Below, piece after piece: positions 38,398-50,640 of a stretch of 64,000 nt of DNA (the first letter of the stretch is position 1; every line of letters starts with the position of its first letter). Below the pieces are notes generated by a model, which did not search any database, was not told the DNA's origin, and worked only from the letters and a program-made list of their open reading frames with translations. Source of the stretch: Chiloscyllium plagiosum (taxonomy: Eukaryota). A program made the position numbers and the translations under genes. Location: NCBI RefSeq assembly GCF_004010195.1, contig NC_057719.1, forward strand, positions 65,537,634 to 65,601,633, in the 5' to 3' direction.

Positions 38398-39759
38398 GGT
38401 TAGAAGGCGGCAGATGGGAGGAGTTTTGAGGAGTGTATAAAGAATGGCCCAGAAACCTCTAAATGGTGATTAACGCAAAGTAGGGACACAGCCGGTTTGT
38501 GAGTGGGCTTTCTTCCTGTCCAGTGTTTTACAATTCAAAACAGATCGTCATTTTTCCAATACAAAAGATTATGGAAACTCAAGTGCTAGCAAATGTAATT
38601 TATGGCTAAAATCTTGCAATATTTTGCACATGGTTGGACAGGTTTCAGACAAATTCTGCCAAAAAGAAATGAAAGTACAACCTCAGGGATACTCAAGCTG
38701 AACTGTTTGAAGCTTAGCAATTCCTTACAATAATGCATAGCCATTGAAGCAAACCTGAAAGGAAGCAGCCTGTGAATTTCCAATAGCTGCTTACGTGTAG
38801 GCTAGTTTGGTAAAAGGAGGTGATAAATACCCAGTCCTAGCTCAAGCATGTTACAATATGGTAGCCAAGTAAGGTCTTGAGGCTTCTCTGAGTCTAGCTA
38901 GAGGGAATTAGGTTTGCCTGTTTCTCAAAATATTATACAAGTTGGGCAGTTACTGAGTTTTTCTCTCTTCTGATACTGGAAAAAATAAACCAAACTCTAG
39001 AGGAACGAAGTCTTCTCCCCATCTTTGACTTTTGGATCATCGTCAGCTGCAGGTAGCTAAGAGCTGAACTGTAGATCTCCAAGAAAGTCCAACAATCAGA
39101 GTTCCAGGGAAGTTTCCTGCAGGGGAGTGAGAAGCCTCAACAAGAAAGTATGTACTGTGAGAGTTAGCACAAACCAGCAGATTCTATTAGGCCAGAATGT
39201 AAGCCAACTGTCAGCGCTGAAGTTGGTGGTAAAGAGGCAAGGTGCAGTGCTCAACACAGATGTAACCTCTTTGAACAAATAAAGAGATCTTCTGATGTAA
39301 AAAACTGCTGTAGCCAGTGGCAGGGTGAGGTCATGTAAATGACAGCTGGAATAAATGAGAACACTTAATCATTGGGTTTTTTGAACAATCTGGAAAAAAT
39401 GCAAACGTTTTGATACAACGACTGTTCTGCAAAGCTACAGATGGTGCACCAGCGAAGAGGAAATGAGATATAGGTGTGGGCGGGCAGGCGGTATAAGGCA
39501 AAAATCAACAGTTATCAAATAAATGACCATTTTTACTAAGAAACATTCATCAACGTTTACTGAAATTAAATTCCCCTTCGACTTCTATTATTCTGACGCA
39601 GTTTGCCTTTATTTAACTTTTCATGAACACCTCCTGGAGAAATAAATGAAGGCATTTTTTTTAACAGTAATTTTCTTGTGCCTGTCTCATTCTATGGCAG
39701 TCTTTGACATTATAAGTTGAAAGGGGAGGACTCAATGGTGCAATTTGATTTATTATTTT

Positions 39760-40126
39760 TGTGAGATCTGAGCATCGCTGGCAGAGTCAGCAGCAGTGCC
39801 CATTTCTAATTGCTCTTGAATTGCTGTGCCATTTCTGAATCAATCACAAAACCGTGGATCGGGAGTCATATGTAGGTCTAATCAGATGAAGACAGCAGAC
39901 TTTCTTCCTTAAATGGCATAAGTGAACCAGATAGCTTTCTATAATAATATATGGTAGTTGTCATAGTCACCATTACTGAGACCAGATTTCACTTCCGATA
40001 TTTATTAATTGAATCTAAATTCCACAAGATGCTGAGATAAATTTTTAACCTCATGACTCCAATGCATTAGCCCATGTCTCTGAATTAGTAAGCCCAGTGA
40101 CATTACTACTGTATCACCGTCTTCCC
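39760..40126 (-). mobile_element. tRNA-derived SINE with LINE family B tail
   Basis: Related copies at 4197-4456, 46905-47100 and 61775-61905; 3' end caagagcaattagaaatgggcactgctgctgactctgccagcgatgctcagatctc. Confidence 0.75.
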
Positions 40127-41327
40127 AATGTAGAAGCTCATATTCAGGATTTGGGTTGTCTGGTACTACGGCTGGTATCTTGAATTCAGGTAACCAAATG
40201 GAGAACACACCCTCAAAACTTAAAAATGTTACGATATGGACGTCAAGCAAACATTATGGGCACCTCATTTTGTGTCATTTGGGAAGAGGTTGCTTTTATT
40301 GTTCACAATCAGAAAGCATAAAGATTCCATAGTTTATGGAGAAATGTTCCATTAATGCCTGGTGAGTGCTTAAGAATGACAGATTCTGTTTTTAAAGTGG
40401 TGAGAGTGTACAAAGCTCTACGTTTAAAGTGAAGCAGTACTACATTCTGAAAGTGCTGCACAGTGTGATAGGACTTGCTGTGGCTGGAAAAAAGATGGTT
40501 TGGAGGACTCTCGAGAAATAAATTACAAAGCGTACAAATGTCAAATTACTACCTCTATGTGAAAAAAATATATAATTTACATGGAAAATTTAATTAATTC
40601 TTTAAACACAAGGGCTTTCCCCAACAAAACAAAGCCTTAAAGTCTTGACGGTATTTATTAATAAATTTCACATTTCCTGTTCTTTGAAATCCAGACCAAG
40701 TTTTAATCATCAGGATAACAATTGTACTTCATCATATCCTTTTATTGGAATCATTAACTTGGATAATTACTGAACTGACCACAAATGGGCTGCACTAAAT
40801 GGTGAAGAGAAAATGGAGTTTGTTATCTGGACTATGTCAGAGTAATTACTTTTCCATTTGGTACGTCATTGACCAAACTGACCCGGATGATAAATATTAA
40901 AATGGGAGTCGTTTACCATCATTCCTTGCTGAATTCCATGATGCCAAATTGTGCTTGGCATGGTTAATTAATAAAGTTAAGTACCGGGTAATTATTTAGC
41001 AGGCGCCTGGTGATACACAGGGGGAATACAGTAAGTGCAATAGTCTGAAAGTTTTGAAAATAACTGGGCAAGTAGGGAATGCAATTAAAGTAAATTGCAG
41101 ACAATTGAATATAACCTCCACATGAAAACCACAATTAAATTAAGTGAATTTGCGAAGTGAATACTGCAGTCTAGTCATTAAATGCGTAGCATTATTGTTC
41201 TAAGGTTTGTTCAGGCGTTCTTTTCCTTTCCTTCTAATTCTTCTGAAGTTGTTTGACGGTTTTCATTTTCCATACTGAGTGTTAGTGACATTGAAAGTCC
41301 TCATTCATTCACGTGGTAAGAGATTAC

Positions 41328-41555
41328 CTCAGGTGGCACAATGATTAGCACACTGCTTCACAAAGCTAGGCACCTGGGTTTGATTCCTGCTGTCCAAAGA
41401 TGTGCAGGTTAGGTTGGCCACGGTAAATTGTCTTGTAGTGACCAGGGAGGTGTATGCTAAATAAGCCATGGTTATTGCAGGGTGAAGGGGATAAGGTGGG
41501 TTGCTGTTCAGAGGGTCACTGCAGACTTGATTAGCTAGAGACACTGTAGTGATTC
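41328..41555 (+). mobile_element. HE1-type V-SINE, internally deleted
   Basis: ggtggcacaatgattagcacactgcttcac head joined directly to gtccaaagatgtgcaggttagg. Confidence 0.8.
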
Positions 41556-42924
41556 TTCATCATAATGTTCTATAGTACAATGTATGTAAAGGCACTCAGG
41601 ATTCAATCTTTAAAGCTCAGTGACAATATATTCCAAACTACCACACATTTAATGAAGCCAGGTCATTTCATATAAGGTGGGACTAACAACTTTCGATAGT
41701 CAGGCAGCATTTGTGGAGAGAGTAGATAAATTTACATTTTGGAAAGGGCCCTTTTTTCAATGCAAGCACTGTGAGAGATTGGACCACACTGCAGAAATAA
41801 AAAATAAATTATGAATGCTTTATAACATGCAATATGGCTGAGAAATCTGGGAGAAGTCAGGCAAGTTCCATCTGGAGGATGCTAGGCCCAACTCATTTAA
41901 ACAGATTTCTAGGCTTCGAGAATGGGATTCTCACTAGATGCCTACTGACAGAGATTGCTGCTTGTTGTCAGCCTCATTAGCTGCACATCTCTCCTCATTA
42001 ATATATGGTTTCTTATCACTTGCCGCAAGGAAAGTAGACTTCAACAGTTCCTGACATGAACGTCAAAGTGAGTACCTGGTATCTCTGGCTCATTGCCCAC
42101 CCTTCTGGAGTGCCACCTTGGAAACCCAGCAACAATATCTCAGGACATGGTTCAGGGTATCTGCTGCACTCAACCCGTCCATGGGCATTTGCACCTGGCT
42201 GCCTATCAGGGCAATGATGGGACCTTTCTGATTCACTTATCAGATATTGCTGCAGTTTACAGCTGCAGCTCTAGGCACACCTAGCATTTAACATTGAAGT
42301 GCAAATGCAGAGACACTTTGCTTGCAAAAGTGGGCATCCAACTCACAGAAAGGACCTAGCTGCACCTCAGGACCGTTTGCTCATTCCCTGAGCACTCGTT
42401 CCCTATGAGCCTACTTGGATGCTTACAAGGTCACTGCCCTGCCTTGCCTTTTTGCTGGCCGACATTTGGCTCTTTACCCCCCATGGGGTGAGAATCCCAA
42501 TCCTGACCACCCTGAGTGGCCGACTGTGCCCAAGCCTTTGGTCTCATATTGGAGGCTGCTGTTGGCTTGGCATTTTCCACCCTCCATCAACCAGGGGATC
42601 CAGGCTCTTCCATCTTGCCTTGCCATTCAGCACAGATACCAAGCCAGGAAGCTTACCATGCTTGTCAGCACACCCCAGACAAATCAAGGGACACAGTCTT
42701 CAACCAGGGTATCTCAGCACATCAACTCAACAGCAAAATAGGATACCAGACTAAAGGCTTGGGCACAGTCAGTTGGCCACTCAGGGTGTTCAAGGTCAGG
42801 ATTCTCTCCTCAAAGGAGTCAAGAGCCAACACATCTGTCTTGACTCTTTCTTTCCTATTGTGAGCTGTTACCTCTGCGAATTAGAAAAAGGGAGGAATTG
42901 AGCGAGCTGAAGATGGGTGACACA

Positions 42925-43156
42925 GCTCATCCCCTCCCCCACTCACCTATTGTACTCTATGCTACTTTCTCCACACCCCCACCCTCCTCTAGCTTATCTC
43001 TCCACCCTTCAGGCTCTCTTCCTTTATTCCCGATGAAGGGCTTTTGTCCGAAACGTCGATTTTACTGCTCCTCGGATGCTGCCTGAACTGCTGTGCTCTT
43101 CCAGCACCACTAATCCAGAATCTGGTTTCCAGCATCTGCAGTCATTGTTTTTACCA
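42925..43156 (+). mobile_element. PLE 3' UTR and pLTR
   Basis: Matches reverse complement of 18164-18400; ttcccgatgaagggcttttgtccgaaacgtcgat core. Confidence 0.88.
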
Positions 43157-43526
43157 TGGGGGAAAAGATGGTACATTGTTCGAAGTGAATGAGTAGGCAG
43201 TGAGAAGGGCATGCTTGGTTAAGAGTGTGAGGTTGTTTGGGTGCGTGACAAGGTGAGGGAAGATGTTGTGATGGCGAGAGTGGTAGAGAATAAGCCTTGG
43301 TGGGAGGTAATTGACATTTACATTGGCCAAGCAGAAAAGATCATTGACCTTCTTCCTTCACTGCTGGGCATTTCTCTCTGAGACTGCAATAATCCAGGTG
43401 ATAACTGTACCAGGCTGGCAGGGTTTGATGGAGTGACATCCTCTGCTGGTCCTGGGGCAGAGAATCAGCCTGATCTGCACCACCCTATCCACAGAGCCAC
43501 TAGGTGCCTGACCATAAAGAGAGGTG

Positions 43527-43733
43527 GAAATGTGTTGCTGGAAAAGCGCAGCAGGTCAGGCAGCATCCAGGGAACAGGAGAATCGACGTTTCGGGCATAA
43601 GCCCTTCTTCAGGAAACGTCGATTATGCCCGAAACGTCGATTCTCCTGTTCCCTGGATGCTGCCTGACCTGCTGCGCTTTTCCAGCAACACATTTCCAGC
43701 TCTGATCTCCAGCATCTGCAGCCCTCACTTTCT
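43527..43733. mobile_element. Young PLE foldback mini-element: perfect 75-bp inverted repeat, 15-bp TSD
   Basis: Arms 43526-43600 and 43623-43697 are exact reverse complements; TSD ccataaagagaggtg at 43512-43526 and 43734-43748; CpGs intact. Confidence 0.93.
43581..43615 (-). ncRNA. Minimal hammerhead ribozyme motif
   Basis: Minus strand ttc-CTGAAGA-a-GGGC-ttat-GCCC-GAAA-cg-TC-gatt: CUGANGA, stem II, GAAA, palindromic ACGU stem III, GUC triplet. Confidence 0.65.
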
Positions 43734-44069
43734 CCATAAAGAGAGGTGCCAAGTTCCTCATATCTGCCAAGGCCAGGGCGAATGCTATGAGTTGTGCAGG
43801 GTGGCTCCAGTCTAACAGTCCTTTGCCACAGCTTTTAAAGATGATGCAGGTGCCAGAGATGCCAGTCTATTCTGCAACATCCCAGAAGTAGCGAGTTCCT
43901 TGGATATGGAGAGTGGTGGGATCTAGGAAGCAGCAGATGAGAGGGATGCCGTAGTGATAGCATAGGTAGCTGTTAAAGCGAGACTGGGACAATTGTGCAA
44001 GAAAATGTGCTAGGTCTCACAAAGAGAAACTCTCCATAAAACGCAATGAAATTAACACTTAGCTGAAGT

Positions 44070-44200
44070 CAGAAATAGATAGGTTCTTGATTAGTAAGGT
44101 GATCAAAGATTGTTGAGAAACATATCAGCCATGGTCAAATGGCAGATCAGACTCAGTGGGCCAAATGGCCTAATTCTGTTCCTGTATCTTATGTTCTTCT
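44070..44200 (+). mobile_element. CR1 3' tail fragment
   Basis: tcagccatggtcaaatggcagatcagactcagtgggccaaatggcctaattctgttcctgtatcttatg. Confidence 0.75.
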
Positions 44201-45984
44201 GGTTTAACAGACTATGAAAAATATGGTCTTGCTTACTTCTTGGTATTTATCAGAGATTTCTCTTTGGTTAAGTATCCCCTACCTTGTTCCTATTCTAGAT
44301 CTAAAATCGGACTGTTTCACCACATTTGCTGCAAATACGCTATTTCTTCCTATTATGATTTTCAACATAGTTTTAGTGAGGTGACTCATTGAAATTTTAG
44401 TTCTAGAGTGACTGAACTACAGCGTTTTAAGTTTCTTAGATAATTCAACAAATAATAAATGTCTCAATTTACTTGGAATGTTTCCTGTGTCTCATGCATT
44501 TGATCATAAATTTATGTTGTCACTGCTAATGCTATTTCTCCAAGAGATTTTAGATGTTCTTTTGTTATGTCAGCTGTGCCTGGAGCTTTTTATGTATTCA
44601 TCAATTCCAAAGAATTCTGCACCTCTGATATCATAACATTTAGTCTGTTGTTAACCTCTGAATCTTGAGTTCTTCCTTGATTTGAGCCATTGTGTATATA
44701 AATCATCTATATATTCTATCCACTATAAGATATAGCGTCAAACAATATTTCACCACCTTTGTCCTTTACTCAACCACAATTTGTTGATTTACGAAAATGT
44801 TTATTTTCATTACATGGATCATCTACACACTTGCATCTTTGCCATAATTTTCCACTACCACCAACTACACACATCATTACATTTCCTAATTCCTGCTTCT
44901 GAAGACAATAAGCTCAAAATTATTTCAAAGACATATTTATCCCCAGGTGCATTGCAATCCTGCACATGTATTTGCAGCTGGCTTACAAGTCTAGATACTT
45001 AATAAGATAAAGGCCTATAAACCAAATAATCAAGACTACTATGATATCTGAACGAGTCAAATTCCATTTTTATCACCTTAGATCAAATAATTTTTACCTG
45101 TTCTTTGGGAATTCCATTCTAGCTGTCCATAAACATTACAAATCAGTGATCTGACCAATTATCAATTACACATGTAATTGCTCAGCAAGTTTCTAAAGTT
45201 CAATGATATGGGTGGCCAAAATGACTTATATAATTTTCTGGGTGCAGTTTTATAATTTTTGTGTTCACAAACACATGAACATTGGTTGAAAACTTGAAGC
45301 AAAACTGCAATCCAATCTGGAAATAGCTTGCTCTTATGAAACCTACTGTTAGCTGTTATAGCCTGTACATAGTTATCTTTTCACATTATTCTGTATTAGA
45401 ATTGAAGTGAAGTTATACTCTAGTGATTAATAAAATAAGCAAAAAGATCCAGTGAGAATATTGTCATTTTCTTCAAAATGCTGTTTGGAATTGTTATTAC
45501 TCAGTTGAACATGATTATAGGATGAAATTTATCAACTCAAGTATCTCCACTATAGAAATTCATACTACAGTTTTTCGTGATAATCTTGTATAATGTTAAG
45601 TATAATGTTTCCATCAGATGATTCAAATAAATAGTATTGTTCTATTATTCAAGAATACTTTAATATTTCTTCTAGTTTAATCATAAAATAAGTAATTACC
45701 AATCTTAAGCAAAATTATGGCAAAGGATTCTCTAAGGTTCATTGTGTTTGTTACAGGTAATCCAATCTAAAACAAAAGTAAAACCTAAATGACTGTGAAC
45801 AACTTTAAATGAGACAGTATTATTTTTGGATGTGTTCGTGCATAATGCACAACATCATTCACATATGCCAGGGATCTAAAAGTGTGGCATGTATAATGTA
45901 ATGTATAAATGTATAATATTGATTTGATATTTACAACAAATCCTCCAAAAACTGGTATGTCAATTCAGCATACTTTTGTTAAGT

Positions 45985-46100
45985 ACATGCTTTCTTTCTA
46001 CCAAAGATGTACAGTGAAGGATGTGAAAACATTAGAGAGGGTGCAGCAAAAGTCAATAAGAATAGTTCCAGCGTTGAGGAAATTCAGTTGCATTAGAACA
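45985..46100 (+). mobile_element. CR1 ORF2 fragment
   Basis: KDVKTLERVQQKSIRIVPALRKFS. Confidence 0.7.
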
Positions 46101-46904
46101 TAACAAATAGACCTAGTAGGTTAAATCTTTACCCTTTTGCTTGCTGCTACGCCATAAAATATTTTCCATTGGACTTTTAGTCTCGTGGACTTCAATACAA
46201 TTTTCTATTCAGTAAAATAGAGTTCTGCAACCAGTTGATTTCAGAATTGTATGTGTTATTTCAAGCAAGCAGGTCTGATCTGCACTGATCATTAATGTCC
46301 TGGTGCAACATTCAAGTCGTGCACTCTTTTGATTCCTCTGCAGTTCTATCTTTTATTCCTGCCATTTTATATTCTGAAGCGTGCATGTTCGGGCTTACAT
46401 AGTGAATGTGTTGGTGGTTTAATGAGTTGCTGAGAGTCTGCAGCTGGGATTAATTTCTATGACTTGTGTCATACTCTCAGTAAATACATTTGCAGTCGTA
46501 ATAACATGCTATGCATAGTGCTGTCAATAATGTTCTTCAGTGATGTTTCCGAATAGTTTGTGGTCAAGTGGTTGATGAACCTACATTATTATAGAATTTT
46601 CTTTCACAATAACTAACATCTGTGCATAAGTTATGTATAATTCTCCTGCACTTTAGTTATTTTATAGGAAGTTAGTTTTGTCATTCAGCCTTTCAACCTT
46701 GTTCTATTATTCAAATAAATCATGACTGATGTGTATCTCAATTCCATTTGCCTGGCCTTGTTCCATATTTTCTGATAGCCTTACCTAAGCCAAATGTAGC
46801 CTTGAAATTCTAATGGGTCCAGCATACCAAACCTTTTCAGGAATTAGGGTTTCATATTTCCACCATCCTTTGTATGCCAATGTCCTTTCTTGTTTCCTTT
46901 GCAG

Positions 46905-47100
46905 TGGGATAATGGTGTGTAGTAATGTCACTAGATTAATAATTCAAAGGCCCTCACAAATGCTAATTCCATGACAAATGGAATTTGAAAACTTGCTGTA
47001 CATAGCTAGTTTCAACAATAGTCAACCATAGAAACTAGCATTTTCATTACACAAATCCATATAATTCATTAATATCTTTTAGAGAAGGAAATCTGCCATC
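46905..47100 (+). mobile_element. SINE 5' part (family of 39760-40126)
   Basis: atggtgtgtagtaatgtcactagattaataattca...cattaatatcttttagagaaggaaatctgccatc. Confidence 0.7.
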
Positions 47101-48563
47101 TTTGTGATTAAAAAAAAATGGTCAAGGGGAAAATTCAGTCAAAAACAAAGGCAGGGAAAGTGATGAAAACTAGTAGTAGGCCACCAGATTGCAGCAGTTT
47201 ATGAACTGAGAAGTGAAGGCTGAAACGCTAACAAAAGGGGAGAAAACTGGTGCTGAGAATAAATTGACAAGAAATACGAACACAGTGTATGAAAAGAAAC
47301 AAAGTAGTAAAAGTAAGTGCAGGACCCTTTGAGTCTGAGCTTGAGACTGAAGAATTAATAGCAAGCAAAAGGGGAAATGGCAGATAATTTAACCCAAAAC
47401 CTTGCACCAGTCTTTATGGTGGAGGGCATCCCAAAGATAACAGATAATTGAGAGATAATTAATGGGAGAAAATGTTTGTAATAGTCCCTACCAAGAGGGA
47501 CTAAGTACTTGACAAAGAAATGGGAGTGAAGACAGACAAGCTTCAGGATGTGATAAGCTGCATCAAATGGTTTTAAAGGAAATGACTATGGCATAATGGA
47601 GGCATCGGTTGAAATATTCCAGAGTTCACTGGATTTCGGGAAGGTTCTAGTGTATTGGAAAATCAATAATGTGACACCCCTATTCAAGAAGGGAAGGAGA
47701 GAGAAAACAGGTAGCTCAGAATAGCTTAACACAACCAAGCAGAGTCAACATCATTTTGTGAGAGGGAAACCATGTCTGGAAAATTTGTTAGAGTTCTTCA
47801 AGGATATGACAAGCAGAGTTGATAAAAGGAAACCAGTAGATGTAGTGTATTTCAATTTCCAGAATTTGTTCAACAAGCTGCCATGTAAATGGTTTTGGCA
47901 CAAGGTCGGGGCTCATAGCATTAGGGTAAGGTATTGGCATTGACCGAGGATTGGTTAACAAACAGAAGGCAGAGTCAGGATGAATAGGTCTTTTTCAGGT
48001 TGAAAAAGCAAGCGAGAAGAGTTCTATAAGGATCAGTCCTTTGGCCTTGATCATTAACCATCTATATTAGTGACTTAGAGGTGGGAGCAGAGTGTAATGT
48101 ATCTAAATTTGCAAATACAACAAATATATGGGAGGACAAGATGTGCTGAGGATACAAGGAATCTGCAAGGATATATAGATTGGTTGAGTGAATGGCAAAA
48201 TCATAGCATTTGGAGTTTAACGTAGGTAAGTATGAGGTCATGCATATTTGTAGAAAAAAAAGGCAGACTTTTATTTATTTAAATGGAGAGATTCCAAAAG
48301 TGCAACATATAGAAATTTGAGTGTATGCAGTTACAGGAAGTTACTTTGACCTTTATTATTCAGGTGTTGGAGTTTAAAAATAGGGAAACCTTATTATAAT
48401 GGTACATGATGTGGGTGAGACCAAATCTGGAGTACTGTGTACAGTTTTGGCTCCTGCATTTAGGAAAAGATATATTGACATTAAGAGATGCTCACAAGCC
48501 TGGATCCTGGGATGAAGGGGGTTGACATATGAAGAATGGCTAAACAGGCTAGGTCTTTATTCA

Positions 48564-48810
48564 GATAAAAGTAAAATACTGCGGATTCTGGGAAGATGAA
48601 ATAAAAACAGGAAGTGCTGGAAAACATCAGCACGTCTGGCAGCATCTGTAGAGAGAGAAATAGATTTATTATTTCGAATCCAGTATGATTCTTCTCTGGA
48701 CCTTTGAAGAGGAGTCAAATTGCTCTCGAAATGTTATCTCTGTTTCTCTCTCCAGAGGTGTTGCCAGATATGTTCAGTTTCTCTGGCAATTTCTGTTTTT
48801 ACTGTGGACG
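48564..48810. mobile_element. Old PLE-derived foldback inside CR1
   Basis: Imperfect inverted arms about 48602-48693 / 48706-48801; tttattca flanks both sides (48556-48563, 48811-48818). Confidence 0.75.
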
Positions 48811-50640
48811 TTTATTCATTAGAGTTTAGAAGAGTGAGGGGCAACCTTACTGAAACATATGATATTCTGGTTAGATGTTAAGAAGATGTTACCAATAGTG
48901 GGAGAGACTTGAATGAGAAGACATAGTTACAGAATAAGGGGAAACTCATTTAATCTCAGGTGTGAAGGAATTTTGTTGCGAGTCCTACAGTCCTACAGCA
49001 CGGAGACAGGCCCTTTGGACCAAACTGGTCCATGCCGACCAAAATGTCTGTCCACGCTAACCCCATTTCCCTGCACTTGGTCCATATCCTTCTAATCCCT
49101 TCCTAAACAAGTATTTGTCCAAATGCCTTTAAAATTTCATTAATATACTCACCTCAACACTTCCGCTGGCTGCTCATTCCTTATCCATACCACCTTCTGT
49201 GTGAAAAACGTTGCCCCTCAGGTTCTTTTTTATTCCTCCCCTCTGAACTTAAGCTGACGCCTTCTAGTCCTCAATTCCCCAACCCTGGGAAAAAGACTAA
49301 TACATTCATCCTATCCCTGCCTCTCATAATTTTATACACCTCGATAAGGTCATCCCTCAGTCTCCTATGTTCTAAAGAAATAAGTCCTGGTTGGTCCAAC
49401 CTCTCCCTCTAATTCAGTCCATCGAGTCCAGGTAACGTCCTTGTAAATTTCTTCTGCGCACTTTCCAGTTTAATAATAACCTTCTTACAACAAGGTGACC
49501 AAAGCTGAACACAATACTCCAAGTGCAGCCTCACCAACATCCTGTATAACTGCAACTTAACTTCCCAACTTCTATACTCAATGCCCTAACTGATGAAGGC
49601 CAATGTGCCAAAAGCCTTCTTCACAGCCCTGTTTACCTGTGACTCCACTTTCAGAGAATCGTGCACCTGTAGTCAAAGATCCGTCTATTCCACTACACTC
49701 CTTAAGGCCCTACAATTCACCATGAGACTCCTACCTTGATTTGACTTTCCAAAATGCAAGACCTCACACATGTTTATATTAAACTCGTTTTGCCATTTCT
49801 CAGCCCATATCCCCAGCTGATCAAGGTCCTGCTGCAATTTCTGATAACCTTCCTCATTGTCCATAATACCACCTATTTTATTGTCTATTAGCAAACTTAC
49901 TAATCACACCTTGTACATTCTCATCCAAACCATTGATATAGATAACATACAGTAATGGGCCCAGCACCAATACCTGAGGCACTCCACTAGTCACAGGCCT
50001 CCAGTCTAACAAGTATCCTTCCACTATTACCTCTGCTTCCTCCAATCAAGCCAACTTTGTATTCAATTTGCCAGCTTACCCTGGATTCCATGTGATTCCA
50101 GAGCAGCCTACCATGAGGAACCTTATCAAAGGCTTACTGAAATCCATAAAGACTACGTCTTCCACCCTGCCCTTGTCAACCTTATTGGTCACTTCATCAA
50201 AGAACTCTAACAAATTTGTGAATCATGATTTCCCACTCACAAACCCATGCTGACTACTCCTAATCAAATCCTGTCTTTCCAAATGAATATATATCTTAAC
50301 CCTCAAGTAAGTTACCCACCGCAGATGTTAAGCTTACTGATCTATAGCTCCCAGGGTTTTCTTTGCAGCCCTCCTTTTTACGTAACTATTTTTATTGAAA
50401 AAAAGACTTTTCTTTACAAAATTATAAAATTACAAAGTATATAACAATCTGAGAGTATAACAACAATTACAATAAATTAACTACTACTCTACAAAACAAA
50501 TCAAAACTACACTTACTACAATTCAATAAATAATTAAATAAATTACACCTCTCAGGGCAACCCCACCAAAGCTCCCATCACTTTGTATTTATTCGGGATT
50601 TCTTCGTCTTAGGGCACACGGCTTGTCAGAACTTTTGTAG

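Larger units (their letters stand above)
43330..43760 (-). mobile_element. Harbinger-type Myb/SANT relic split by PLE foldback
   Basis: With the insert removed, minus strand reads LAPLF...DRVVQ...HQTLPAW...AVSERNAQQ*RKKVNDLF. Confidence 0.6.
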
